The notes under the pieces were generated by a model. The model was not told the origin of the DNA. It saw nothing but the letters and a program-made list of their open reading frames with translations, and did no database searches. The translations under genes were made by a program, and so were the position numbers. Shown here in pieces: positions 1 through 12,421 of a DNA stretch of 64,000 nt; the stretch's first letter is position 1; every line of letters begins with the position of its first letter. The DNA comes from an uncultured Actinomycetes bacterium. GTDB taxonomy: Bacteria > Actinomycetota > UBA4738 > JBBDTT01. The stretch is taken from the NCBI GenBank assembly GCA_963742735.1, contig CAVUMN010000003.1:1-64000 (forward strand), read 5' to 3'.

Positions 1-1
1 C

Positions 2-487
2 GTGCCGCCGGCCTGCACCTCGGGGACTCCGGCCACCTGCACGGTGGACATGGACATCAACCGAACGGTGACCGCGACGTTCAACCTCGAGGAGCCTCCC
101 GAGGAGGGGGCGGACCTCTCCCTCACCAAGATCGATGCGAACGATCCTGTGACGCGCGGACAGAACATCGTCTACATCGTGAGGGTCGACAACCTGGGGC
201 CGGCCGCGGCGACCGAGGTCAGGATGCTGGACCATCTGCCCTCGGGCGTGACGTTCGTCTCCGCCCAGGCGGTGACGCAGGGCTCGTGCACCTACCTCCC
301 CAACCAGCGGATCGTGCGCTGCTTGCTCGGCACGATCGCGGACGGCGGGTTCGCGCGGGTCCGGATCGTCGTGAAGACGCAGTCGGCCGGGACCTACACG
401 AACAACGCGGCCGTGGTCTCCCCGGTGGACGACCCGAACCACGGCAACAACAGCGACTCCGAGACGACGACGGTCCAGAACCCCTGA
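2..487 (+). CDS. DUF11/Ig-like domain surface protein, C-terminal part (5' truncated by window)
   Basis: ADLSLTKID...YIVRVDNLGP...DHLPSGVTFVS...DDPNHGNNSD matches the DUF11 repeat pattern. Confidence 0.8.
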   Translation: MPPACTSGTPATCTVDMDINRTVTATFNLEEPPEEGADLSLTKIDANDPVTRGQNIVYIVRVDNLGPAAATEVRMLDHLPSGVTFVSAQAVTQGSCTYLPNQRIVRCLLGTIADGGFARVRIVVKTQSAGTYTNNAAVVSPVDDPNHGNNSDSETTTVQNP

Positions 488-503
488 ACCATCGAGAGCA
501 TTG

Positions 504-537
504 AGAAGGGGGGCGGCCGAGCCGCCCCCCTTCTTTT
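504..537 (+). terminator. Rho-independent terminator
   Basis: 14-bp stem AGAAGGGGGGCGGC / GCCGCCCCCCTTCT, 3-nt loop, T-run after; follows the stop at 487. Confidence 0.85.
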
Positions 538-641
538 CGTTCGGCTCATCTACAGTGGAGGAGCGCTTTCGAGCGCGACCGCCCGGCCGCCGACCCACCG
601 TCGGCAGCCGAAGGCGGTTATTCGTGCTGTCCGGAGGGTGC

Positions 642-3600
642 GTGAACGAGCTTCTGGATCGTCTCGTCCAGTCCCCGCGGTTCGAGCGGCTGCTCTCCGC
701 GTCCGGGCCTCGCGTTGCTCGCGTGCCCGAGTCCGGCCAGCCGTTCGCGGCCGCGGCCCTCGCCCGGGCGGTGGGCGCCCCGGTCCTGGTGGTGGCGCCC
801 GGCCTGGCCGAGGCGGAGCGGATCGCGAACGGCGCCGAGCTGTTCCTGCCGGGCTCGGTCGCGCTGTTCCCGGCGTGGGAGGCCCTGCCCTACGAGGGGA
901 TCAGCCCGAGCCCCGAGGTGGCCGGCCGCCGCGCCTTCGCGCTGCACACGGCGCGCGCCGCGACCGGCCCGTTCGTCCTGGTGGCCCCGGTGACCGCGGC
1001 CATGCAGGGGCTGGTGCCGACCCTGGGAGCCACGGCGCCGCTTCGGCTCGAGCCCGGCCTGGAGCTCGCGCCCGACGTCCTGGCCGAGCGGCTGGTGGCG
1101 CTCGGCTATGGCCGGACCGACCTGGTCGAGCACCGCGGCGAGTTCGCGGTCCGCGGCGGCATCGTCGACGTCTTCTCGGCGAACGGCACCCGCCCCGTTC
1201 GCGTGGAGTACTTCGGCGACGAGATCGAGTCGCTGCGGGCGTTCACGCCCTCGACGCAGGTCACCTCGTCGACCGTGAAGTCCGCGGACCTGTGGGCCTG
1301 CCGGGAGCTGGTCCCCACCGAGGAGGTCCGCGAGCGGGCCGCGGCCGAGGCGCCCCGGCACCTCGGCCGGTTCCGGGAGGCCCTGGCCCGGGTGGGCGAG
1401 GGGCTCTCGTTCGAGGGCATGGAGATCGTCGCCCCGATCGTGTTCGACGAGCTGCCCTCGCTGGCCGAGTGCCTGCCGAAGGAGACGTGGGTGGTCCTCG
1501 CCGCCAGCCGCCGCACCGAGGACCGCGCCGCGATGATCCTGCGCGAGGCCGACGCGCTCGCCGGGGCCCAGGACTGGCCCGCGGCCCGGGTGGTCCGCTC
1601 GCTGGAGGCCTCGCTCGGCGCCCGGCCGCGCGTGGACCTCTCCGAGCTCGCCGAGGGCGACGCCCTGGGGATCGAGTCCTGGGCCCCCGCCGAGGGCAAA
1701 CGCGAGAAGCTCGCCAAGCAGGCGAAGGAGCTCGCCGGGCAGGGGTTCACGCTCGTCCTGACCGCGGCGGGCCACGGCTCGCTGGAGCGGATGCGCGAGC
1801 TCGTCGGCGACGCGGAGGTCGCGGTCGAGTCCCAGGCCGGCCGCGGGTTCGTGTTCCCCGCCGGCAAGCTTGCCGTCCTGGGCGAGGAGGACCTCTTCGG
1901 GGCACGGCGCGCCACCCGCCTGGAGGCCCGCCTGACCCGGCGGCGGCGCGAGCAGTTCGTCCTGGACCTGTCGCCGGGCGACTACGTCGTTCACATCGTG
2001 CACGGCGTCGCCAAGTACGGGGGCATGGTCCGCCGCGACCTGGCCGGGGCCGAGCGCGACTACCTGCTCCTGGAGTACGCGCACGGCGACCGCCTCTACG
2101 TCCCCACCGACATGGTCGGGTGGGTCTCGAAGTACCTGGGCGGCGAGTCGCCCCGCCTGTCCCGCCTGGGGACCGACCAGTGGTCCAAGACGAAGAACCG
2201 GGTCCGCCGCGCCGTCCGGGACATGGCCGGCGAGCTGGTCCGGCTGTACCAGGTGCGCATGTCGGTCCCCGGCTTCGCGTTCTCGCCCGACACGCCGTGG
2301 CAGCGCGAGCTCGAGGACGCGTTCCCCCACTCCGAGACTCCCGACCAGGCCACCACGATCGACGAGGTCAAGCGGGACATGGAGCAGCCCAAGCCAATGG
2401 ACCGCCTGGTGTGCGGCGACGTCGGCTACGGCAAGACCGAGATCGCGGTGCGCGCCGCGTTCAAGGCGGTGCAGGACGGCAAGCAGGTCGCGGTGCTGGT
2501 GCCGACCACCCTGCTCGCCGAGCAGCACTTCCAGACGTTCTCCGAGCGCTACGCGCCGTTCCCGGTGACGGTGGCGATGCTGTCGCGGTTCCTCCCGGCC
2601 GCCGAGCAGAAGCGCGTCCTGACCGAGCTCGCCGCCGGCAAGGTCGACGTCATCATCGGCACCCACCGGCTGCTCTCCCAGGACGCGAAGTTCAAGGACC
2701 TCGGCCTGCTGGTGGTGGACGAGGAGCAGCGGTTCGGCGTGGCCCACAAGGAGCGTCTGAAGCGGATCCGCTCGTCCGTGGACGTCCTGACGATGACGGC
2801 CACCCCGATCCCGCGAACCCTGGAGATGGCGCTCACCGGGGTCCGCGAGATCAGCGTGGTGGACACGCCGCCCGAGGACCGCCAGCCGATCCTGACCTAC
2901 GTCGGCGCGTACGACGAGAGCCACGCCGTCGCCGCCGTCCGCCGCGAGCTCCTCCGCGACGGGCAGGTGTTCTGGGTCCACAACCAGATCCGCACCATCG
3001 AGGGCGCCGCCCGGATGATCAAGGACAAGGTCCCGGACGCGCGCGTCGTCGTCGCCCACGGGCAGATGGACGAGGCGCTGCTCGAGAAGCAGATGATCCG
3101 GTTCTGGGACCGCGAGGCCGACGTCCTGGTGTGCACGACGATCATCGAGTCGGGCCTGGACGTGCCGAGCGCGAACACCCTGGTCGTGGACCGAGCCGAC
3201 AAGCTCGGGCTCGCCCAGATGTACCAGCTTCGCGGCCGGGTCGGCCGATCGAGCGAGCGGGCGTTCGCATACTTCTTCTTCCCGAAGCAGCGCGAGCTGA
3301 CCGAGGAGGCCCACGCCCGGCTGGCGACGATCAGCGAGCACACCGCCCTCGGCTCGGGGTTCCGGATCGCCCTGCGCGACCTGGAGATCCGCGGTGCCGG
3401 GAACCTGCTCGGCGCGGAGCAACACGGCCACATCGCCGCGGTCGGGTTCGACACCTACGTCCGCCTGCTGCAGGAGGCCGTCGCCGAGATGCAGGGCGAG
3501 CCGCTGCCGGAGCGCCGCGAGATCCGCGTGGACCTGCCCGTGAAGGCGTTCCTGCCGGTGGACTACGTCGGAAGCGAGCCGCTGCGCCTGGAGCTCTACC

Positions 3601-3977
3601 GGCGGATCTCCGACCCGACGAACCACGACGAGCTCGCCGACATCCGGGCCGAGCTCGAGGACCGGTTCGGCGAGATCCCCGAGGAGGTCGAGTCCCTCCT
3701 GGAGCTGGTCGGGCTGCGCCTCACGGCCGAGCGGGTCGGCGTCGAGGAGATCGCCACGCTGCGCGGCCAGGTGCGGATCAAGCCGGTGCGTTTCCGCGGC
3801 GAGGGCGCCTCGGCCGCGGCCCTGGTCCCCGGGTCCATCTACCGTCCCGCCACGTCGACCCTGAACCTCATCGCGGCCCTGCGCGGGCCCGAGCTGATCC
3901 GCTACGTCCGTCGGGCCCTGGAGACCCTCGAGCCCTCGATCGAGACCCCCGGCCGGACCGAGGAGGCGCCGGTATGA
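642..3977 (+). CDS. mfd: Transcription-repair coupling factor
   Basis: RGGIVDVF, CarD-like HIVHGVAKY, GDVGYGKTE, DEEQRFGV, QLRGRVGRS, TRCF domain; GTG at 642 after GGAGGG. Confidence 0.97.
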   Translation: MNELLDRLVQSPRFERLLSASGPRVARVPESGQPFAAAALARAVGAPVLVVAPGLAEAERIANGAELFLPGSVALFPAWEALPYEGISPSPEVAGRRAFALHTARAATGPFVLVAPVTAAMQGLVPTLGATAPLRLEPGLELAPDVLAERLVALGYGRTDLVEHRGEFAVRGGIVDVFSANGTRPVRVEYFGDEIESLRAFTPSTQVTSSTVKSADLWACRELVPTEEVRERAAAEAPRHLGRFREALARVGEGLSFEGMEIVAPIVFDELPSLAECLPKETWVVLAASRRTEDRAAMILREADALAGAQDWPAARVVRSLEASLGARPRVDLSELAEGDALGIESWAPAEGKREKLAKQAKELAGQGFTLVLTAAGHGSLERMRELVGDAEVAVESQAGRGFVFPAGKLAVLGEEDLFGARRATRLEARLTRRRREQFVLDLSPGDYVVHIVHGVAKYGGMVRRDLAGAERDYLLLEYAHGDRLYVPTDMVGWVSKYLGGESPRLSRLGTDQWSKTKNRVRRAVRDMAGELVRLYQVRMSVPGFAFSPDTPWQRELEDAFPHSETPDQATTIDEVKRDMEQPKPMDRLVCGDVGYGKTEIAVRAAFKAVQDGKQVAVLVPTTLLAEQHFQTFSERYAPFPVTVAMLSRFLPAAEQKRVLTELAAGKVDVIIGTHRLLSQDAKFKDLGLLVVDEEQRFGVAHKERLKRIRSSVDVLTMTATPIPRTLEMALTGVREISVVDTPPEDRQPILTYVGAYDESHAVAAVRRELLRDGQVFWVHNQIRTIEGAARMIKDKVPDARVVVAHGQMDEALLEKQMIRFWDREADVLVCTTIIESGLDVPSANTLVVDRADKLGLAQMYQLRGRVGRSSERAFAYFFFPKQRELTEEAHARLATISEHTALGSGFRIALRDLEIRGAGNLLGAEQHGHIAAVGFDTYVRLLQEAVAEMQGEPLPERREIRVDLPVKAFLPVDYVGSEPLRLELYRRISDPTNHDELADIRAELEDRFGEIPEEVESLLELVGLRLTAERVGVEEIATLRGQVRIKPVRFRGEGASAAALVPGSIYRPATSTLNLIAALRGPELIRYVRRALETLEPSIETPGRTEEAPV

Positions 3978-4972
3978 TCGGCCGCGTGACCCCCCGTCGG
4001 ATCGCCCTGATCCTGCTGGCCTGCGCGCTGCTCCTGTCCGGGTGCGGCGACACGTTCGTGACCGCCGCCGCCATCGTGAACGGCGAGAAGATCACCGACC
4101 AGGAGGTCCAGGCGCAGCTCGACCTGGCGCTGGCCGATCCGCAGACCAGCGCCCAGCTGGGGGAGGGCGCGGCCCGCGAGGAGCGCATCAAGGACGCCAC
4201 CCGCCTGACGCTGTCGATCCTCATCCAGGCCCAGCTCGTGGAGAACTTCGCCACCGCCCAGAAGGTCGAGGTGGATCCGCAGGCCCTGGACGAGCAGATC
4301 GCCGGGGCCGTGCAGCAGGCCGGCGGACAGGCCGCGTTCGACCTGGAGCTCGAGCGGCTCGGCCTGACGCTGGACGAGGTACGGGAGAACCTGTCGCGGC
4401 AGCTTCTGGTGGAGGCCGTCGCCGCCCGGATCGCCCGCGACGAGGTCTCCGAGGCCGAGCTCCGCGCCGCCTACGACGACCGGATCCTCGAGTTCACCGA
4501 GGTCCGCATCTCCCACATCCTGCTCCTGAACGTCGAGCAGGCCGAGGCCGTGAAGGCTGAGGCCACGCCGGCGAACTTCGCGCGCCTGGCCCGTACCCGG
4601 TCCGAGGACCCCTCGAGCTCCGCCCGCGGCGGCGATCTGGGAACCCGGCGGGCCATCGAGCTGCCGGAGGCTCTCGCCCAGGCCGTCCTGCGCGCCGGCA
4701 TCGACAAGGTGGGCGGCCCGGTCCTGACCGACTCGGGCTACCACGTGTTCCTCGTCAAGCAGCGCCGGGAGATCCCGTTCGCGGAGGTGAAGGCGGACCT
4801 GCTCTCCGAGCGGCAGAACGACGTGTTCGCCGCCTGGCTCGGCGAGCAGATCCGCACCGCCGAGATCCGCGTCAACCCCCGGTACGGGCGGCTGGACGTC
4901 GCGTCCGGCCGCGTCCTGCCGTTCTCCTCGACCGACACCAACGCGCCGCCCGAGGTCCAGCTCGAGCCGTGA
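3974..4972 (+). CDS. PrsA/SurA-like parvulin peptidyl-prolyl isomerase lipoprotein
   Basis: Lipobox LLLSGC, AAIVNGEKIT, SHILL, FARLARTRSEDPSSSARGGDLG, GYHVF; ATGA overlap with mfd. Confidence 0.88.
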   Translation: MIGRVTPRRIALILLACALLLSGCGDTFVTAAAIVNGEKITDQEVQAQLDLALADPQTSAQLGEGAAREERIKDATRLTLSILIQAQLVENFATAQKVEVDPQALDEQIAGAVQQAGGQAAFDLELERLGLTLDEVRENLSRQLLVEAVAARIARDEVSEAELRAAYDDRILEFTEVRISHILLLNVEQAEAVKAEATPANFARLARTRSEDPSSSARGGDLGTRRAIELPEALAQAVLRAGIDKVGGPVLTDSGYHVFLVKQRREIPFAEVKADLLSERQNDVFAAWLGEQIRTAEIRVNPRYGRLDVASGRVLPFSSTDTNAPPEVQLEP

Positions 4973-5739
4973 CCCCCGCGGAGCGCTCGAAGGGTGACTC
5001 GCTCCTGGAGGTCGTTCGCGTCATGGCGCGGCTGCGGGCGCCCGACGGTTGCCCGTGGGACCGGGAGCAGACCCACGCGTCGCTTCGCCGTCAGATCCTG
5101 GAGGAGGCCCACGAGGTCCTGGAGGCCATCGACTCCGGCGACCCGGCGAAGCTTCGCGACGAGCTCGGCGACCTGCTGATCCACGTGATCTTCCACTCCC
5201 AGATCGCCGAGGACGACGGCGACTTCACGGTCGACGACGTGGCGAAGGGGACCGTGGAGAAGCTCGTCCGCCGCCACCCCCACGTGTTCGCCGAGGTCGA
5301 GGCGGAAACGGCCGCGCAGGTCGTGAAGAACTGGGACGCCATCAAGGCCGAGGAGAAGGGCGAGCACGCCGTCGACGAGGAGATCCCCCCGACGCTGCCG
5401 GCGTTGCTCCGCGCCTACAAGGTCCAGCGCCGGGCGGGATCGCAGGGCTTCGACTGGCGCTCGCCGGAGGGCGCCATGGAGAAGGTCCGCGAGGAGCTCG
5501 GCGAGCTCGAGCAAGCCGCGACGCCCGAGGAGATCGAGGGCGAGATCGGCGACCTGCTGTTCGCGGTGGCCGCCCTCGCCCGCCAGCACGGCGTGGACGC
5601 CGAGAGCGCCCTGCGGGGGACGACGAAGCGCTTCGCCGAGCGGTTCGAAGCGCTCAAGGCCTCGGCGGCGAGCGAGGGCGTGGACCTCCACGACCTCAGC
5701 GAGGAGGACCTTCTCGCCCGCTTCCGGGCGGCGCGGTAG
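4969..5739 (+). CDS. mazG: Nucleoside triphosphate pyrophosphohydrolase MazG
   Basis: LRAPDGCPWDREQTH, EEAHEV, DELGDLL, KLVRRHPHVF, second domain EIGDLLF. Confidence 0.95.
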   Translation: MTPAERSKGDSLLEVVRVMARLRAPDGCPWDREQTHASLRRQILEEAHEVLEAIDSGDPAKLRDELGDLLIHVIFHSQIAEDDGDFTVDDVAKGTVEKLVRRHPHVFAEVEAETAAQVVKNWDAIKAEEKGEHAVDEEIPPTLPALLRAYKVQRRAGSQGFDWRSPEGAMEKVREELGELEQAATPEEIEGEIGDLLFAVAALARQHGVDAESALRGTTKRFAERFEALKASAASEGVDLHDLSEEDLLARFRAAR

Positions 5740-5751
5740 CCGATCCCTGCG

Positions 5752-8313
<2,562 letters not shown>

Positions 8314-8319
8314 GGAGCG

Positions 8320-8649
8320 ATGAGCTCCTCGGCCGCCCTTCCCCGCCGCCGGCACCGGGTCACTCCCCGGGCCCTCGGCCTGCTCGGGATCGTGCTCGCC
8401 CTGCTCGTCGCGATCTCCTACCCCGTCCGCCAGTACCTGGAGGAGCGGGGGAGCCTCAACCGGCTCGAGGCCCAGGTCGACGAGCTCCACGCCGAGAACG
8501 TCGAGCTCCAGGCGGAGATCAAGCGCCTGGAGGATCCCGAGTACATCGAGTACCTGGCGCGCAAGTGCCTGGGGATGGTCAAGAAGGGCGAGATCGCTTT
8601 CGTGACGGTGCCGGAAGGCGGGGTCCCGGCGCCCCCCAGCTGCTCGTAG
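8320..8649 (+). CDS. ftsB: Septum formation initiator (FtsB/DivIC family)
   Basis: TM helix plus coiled coil plus DPEYIEYLARKCLGMVKKGE; conserved position after eno. Confidence 0.88.
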   Translation: MSSSAALPRRRHRVTPRALGLLGIVLALLVAISYPVRQYLEERGSLNRLEAQVDELHAENVELQAEIKRLEDPEYIEYLARKCLGMVKKGEIAFVTVPEGGVPAPPSCS

Positions 8650-8655
8650 CTGACG

Positions 8656-9204
8656 GTGTCGCTCAGGTATCGGCCGGCGACCCTCGAGGACGCACCCGCA
8701 ATCTCCGCGCTCCACGCGCGAAGCTGGCGAGAGCACTATCGCGGCGCCTATCGCGACGACTATCTCGACGGGCCCGTCGACGAGGAGCGCCGAGCCGTCT
8801 GGACGGAGCGGCTCACGGAACCGCCCCCGGATCAGTTCGTCGTCGTCGCGGAGGACGGGGACGGCATCGTCGGGTTCGCCTGTGTGTACGGAGGCCGCGA
8901 CACGGAGGGCTCGTTCCTCGACAACCTCCACGTCGATCCGGAGCACCATCGCGAGGGGATCGGCGGCGGCCTCCTGGCCGAGGTCGTCGAGTGGTGTCGT
9001 GAGCGGTACCGCGATCAAGGCCTCCACCTGAAGGTGCTCTCGCCGAACACTCGCGCACGGCGCTTCTACGAGCGGTTCGGCGGGGAGGATCGTGGAGGGA
9101 CGCCGCCGGACATGCCGTGGGTGGTCGAGAACGTCGAGGTCCGCCAGATCGCCTGGCCGACGCTCGCCGCGGTGACTCGGCGCCAAGCTCCAGACGTACG
9201 CTGA
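8656..9204 (+). CDS. GNAT family acetyltransferase
   Basis: YRPATLEDA, LHVDPEHHREGIGGGLL, NTRARRFYERFG. Confidence 0.88.
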   Translation: MSLRYRPATLEDAPAISALHARSWREHYRGAYRDDYLDGPVDEERRAVWTERLTEPPPDQFVVVAEDGDGIVGFACVYGGRDTEGSFLDNLHVDPEHHREGIGGGLLAEVVEWCRERYRDQGLHLKVLSPNTRARRFYERFGGEDRGGTPPDMPWVVENVEVRQIAWPTLAAVTRRQAPDVR

Positions 9205-9224
9205 ATGTCCCCATGGCAGCACGG

Positions 9225-9254
9225 TTGACGCCTCGATTCGGGCGGTGGGATAGT
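9225..9254 (+). promoter_or_regulatory. Putative housekeeping-sigma promoter for the S1 gene
   Basis: TTGACG-18 nt-GATAGT with TG extended -10. Confidence 0.55.
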
Positions 9255-9319
9255 CCGGCTGCGACCCGTGACGCGGGTCGCGCGTCCATCCGGGCGCCGG
9301 TTCGCTGAAGGGAGCGGAG

Positions 9320-9685
9320 ATAGCAGATCTCGAGGTCGGCGCGGTCGTGGAGGGAACCGTGCAACGCATCACCCCATATGGGGCATTCCTCCAGCTCGAG
9401 GGCGGCAAGATCGGCCTCGTGCACATCTCCGAGATCGACCGCAACTACGTGAAGGAAGTGCGGGAGCACCTCCGCGAGAACGACACCGTTCAGGCGAAGG
9501 TGGTGGCGATCAAGGAGGACGGCAAGATCGACCTCTCGATCAAGGCGCTGCAGGACCCGGCGCCGAGGCTCGAGCGGCGCGGCAAGGACCCCGAGTTCGA
9601 GGGCATGCTCAAGAAGTTCATGCGGGGCAGCGAGGAGCGCCAGGTGGACTACAAGCGCTCCCTCGACCGCAAGAAGGGCCGCTGA
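9320..9685 (+). CDS. S1 RNA-binding domain protein (YabR/YugI-like); probable AUA start
   Basis: (M)ADLEVGAVVEGTVQRITPYGAF...GLVHISEI...GKIDLSIK...FEGMLKKF; SD AAGGGAG 5 nt before ATA at 9320. Confidence 0.88.
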   Translation: MADLEVGAVVEGTVQRITPYGAFLQLEGGKIGLVHISEIDRNYVKEVREHLRENDTVQAKVVAIKEDGKIDLSIKALQDPAPRLERRGKDPEFEGMLKKFMRGSEERQVDYKRSLDRKKGR

Positions 9686-11061
9686 CCGAGCGCGATCGCC
9701 GCGCGGTCGCCGAGCAGATCGGCCGCGAACCCACCGTCCCGTTCGAGGTCGTCGCGCGTTGTCCCGACGGCCATCCGCTGGTCATCCGCAACGGCACGCG
9801 CGACGCCGACGGCACGCCCTTCCCGACCCGCTACTGGCTGACCTGTCCCGCCGCGGTCAAGGTCGTCTCCCGGCTCGAGTCGAAGGGAGCGATCGGCGAG
9901 CTGAACCTCCGTCTCGACGAGGACCAGCCCTTCGCCCGCGCGCTCGCCGAGGCCCATCTGCGGTACGCGGCCGACCGGGCTCGGTCGGAGCCGGAGGCGA
10001 TGAACTGGGGTGGCGTTGGAGGAACTCGGCTGGGCGTCAAGTGTCTTCACGCGCACCTTGCCTTTTACATTGCTGGCGCGTCCGACCCCGCCGGCCTCTG
10101 GACAGTGGAACGCCTGGAGCCGTATCACTCCGCCCCGCCCGAGCCTCCGGTTGCCGCCGTCGATCTTGGGACGAACTCGATCCGGCTGCTCGTCGCGCTT
10201 CGGGGCGAGGACGGCTCGCTGCGCGACCTCGCGCGCGACATGGTCATCACCCGTCTCGGCCAGGGGGTCGACGAATCCCGGCGGCTCTCCGACGACGCCC
10301 TGAAGCGAACCCTCCGGGTTCTGGAGCGCTATGCGCGCCGGGCCCGCGCCCTCGGCGCCGAGCGGATCGAGCTGAGCGCGACCAGCGCGGTCCGCGACGC
10401 GTCGAACCGCGAGGAGCTCGCCGGTGAGGTCGAGCGCATCACCGGCTCGCCGATGCGGGTGCTGAGCGGCGAGGAGGAGGCGGCCGCGTCGTTCCTGGGC
10501 GCGGTGCGGACGGTCGAGGCCGAGGCCCCCGTCCTGGTGATGGACATCGGGGGCGGCAGCACCGAGTTCGTCCTGGGCGAAGACGTGCCTCGCGCCTCGA
10601 TCAGCACCGACATGGGCAGCGTGCGGCTGACCGAGCGCCACATCGCCCACGACCCGCCGGCGCCCGACGAGCTCGACCGTCTGCGCGACGACGCCGACGG
10701 CTTCCTGGCCCAGGTCGAGGACGCGGTTCCCGTCGGCGAGGCCCGCACCCTGGTCGCCGTGGCCGGGACCGCCACGACGGTGGCCGCCATGGCCATGGAC
10801 CTTCCCGAGTACGACCCCGACCGGATCCACGGGACCCGCCTGACGCTTCAACAGGCCCGCGACGCGCGCGACCGGCTCGCGTCGATGACCACGCCCGAGC
10901 GCCGCGACCTGCCGTTCATGGCTCCCGGTCGCGAGGACGTGATCGTCGCCGGGGCCTCGATCCTGGTCCGGGCGATGGAGCGGTTCGGCCTCGAGGAGGC
11001 CGTCGTCTCCGAGCACGACATCCTGGACGGGCTGGCGTTCCGGATGCTCGAAATCCGCTAA
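9682..11061 (+). CDS. ppx: DUF501 - Ppx/GppA exopolyphosphatase fusion; probable CUG start
   Basis: DUF501 motifs DGTPFPTRYWLTCP and VKCLHAH, then AAVDLGTNSIRL, ATSAVRDA, DIGGGSTE, GREDVIVAG, SEHDILDG in one frame. Confidence 0.85.
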   Translation: MTERDRRAVAEQIGREPTVPFEVVARCPDGHPLVIRNGTRDADGTPFPTRYWLTCPAAVKVVSRLESKGAIGELNLRLDEDQPFARALAEAHLRYAADRARSEPEAMNWGGVGGTRLGVKCLHAHLAFYIAGASDPAGLWTVERLEPYHSAPPEPPVAAVDLGTNSIRLLVALRGEDGSLRDLARDMVITRLGQGVDESRRLSDDALKRTLRVLERYARRARALGAERIELSATSAVRDASNREELAGEVERITGSPMRVLSGEEEAAASFLGAVRTVEAEAPVLVMDIGGGSTEFVLGEDVPRASISTDMGSVRLTERHIAHDPPAPDELDRLRDDADGFLAQVEDAVPVGEARTLVAVAGTATTVAAMAMDLPEYDPDRIHGTRLTLQQARDARDRLASMTTPERRDLPFMAPGREDVIVAGASILVRAMERFGLEEAVVSEHDILDGLAFRMLEIR

Positions 11062-11072
11062 CCTCGCCGCCC

Positions 11073-11870
11073 GTGAGTCCGAGCAACGCCCGACGACGAC
11101 AGCTCCAGAAGCTCGCGCAGCGCCGTGCCGAGGAGCGCAAGCGCGCCCGCCGCAGGAAGGCCCTGACGATCACCGTTGCCTTCCTGGTCGCGGCGGGAGG
11201 CGGCACCGCCGCTTTCCTGGCGTTCACCGGGAACGACGCGAAGACGCCCCAGGCCGCGCCCAGCGCCAACGTCAGCCCGATCGCGAACCCTCCCGCGCAG
11301 CCCGCGCCGAAGAAGGTGGCGTGTGGCGCGAAGGCCCCGGCCGGCGCCGGCGCGGAGAAGACCCTCTACGCCACGACTCCGCCGTTCGAGCTCGACACGT
11401 CGAAGGAGCACACCGCCGTGATCAAGACGTCCTGCGGCACGATCGAGGTCGAGCTGCTCGCCACCGACAGCCCGATCACGGTGAACAACTTCGTGTTCCT
11501 GGCGACGCAGAAGTTCTACGACGGCACCTACCTCCACCGGGTGATCAAGGGGTTCATGAACCAGGGCGGCGACCCGACCGGCAGCGGCGCGGGAGGGCCC
11601 GGCTACCAGTTCGAGGACGAAACCACCAACGGCCTGGTGTTCGACAAGGTCGGCCTGCTGGCCATGGCGAACCGGGGGCCGGGCACCAACGAGAGCCAGT
11701 TCTTCATCACGGTCAGCAAGCCCACCCACCTGAACGGCAAGCACACGATCTTCGGCCGCGTCACCAAGGGCTACGACGTGGTGCAGCGCATCAACAACCA
11801 GAAGACCGGCGAGGGCGACCGCCCCACGTTCGCCATCTACATCGAGTCCATCCGCATCGTCGTCGCGTGA
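11073..11870 (+). CDS. Membrane-anchored cyclophilin-type PPIase
   Basis: Basic N-terminus plus TM; HRVIKGFMNQGGDPTG, LAMANRGPGTNESQFFIT, HTIFGRV. Confidence 0.92.
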   Translation: MSPSNARRRQLQKLAQRRAEERKRARRRKALTITVAFLVAAGGGTAAFLAFTGNDAKTPQAAPSANVSPIANPPAQPAPKKVACGAKAPAGAGAEKTLYATTPPFELDTSKEHTAVIKTSCGTIEVELLATDSPITVNNFVFLATQKFYDGTYLHRVIKGFMNQGGDPTGSGAGGPGYQFEDETTNGLVFDKVGLLAMANRGPGTNESQFFITVSKPTHLNGKHTIFGRVTKGYDVVQRINNQKTGEGDRPTFAIYIESIRIVVA

Positions 11871-11899
11871 CGGCGGAGGCCGGGGGAAGGAGACCGACC

Positions 11900-12412
<513 letters not shown>

Positions 12413-12421
12413 GTCCGGGCG

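Noticed and set aside
638-4972. 1444-aa ORF ending in the PPIase
   Set aside because: Only the part from ATG 3974 (lipoprotein signal) is protein-like
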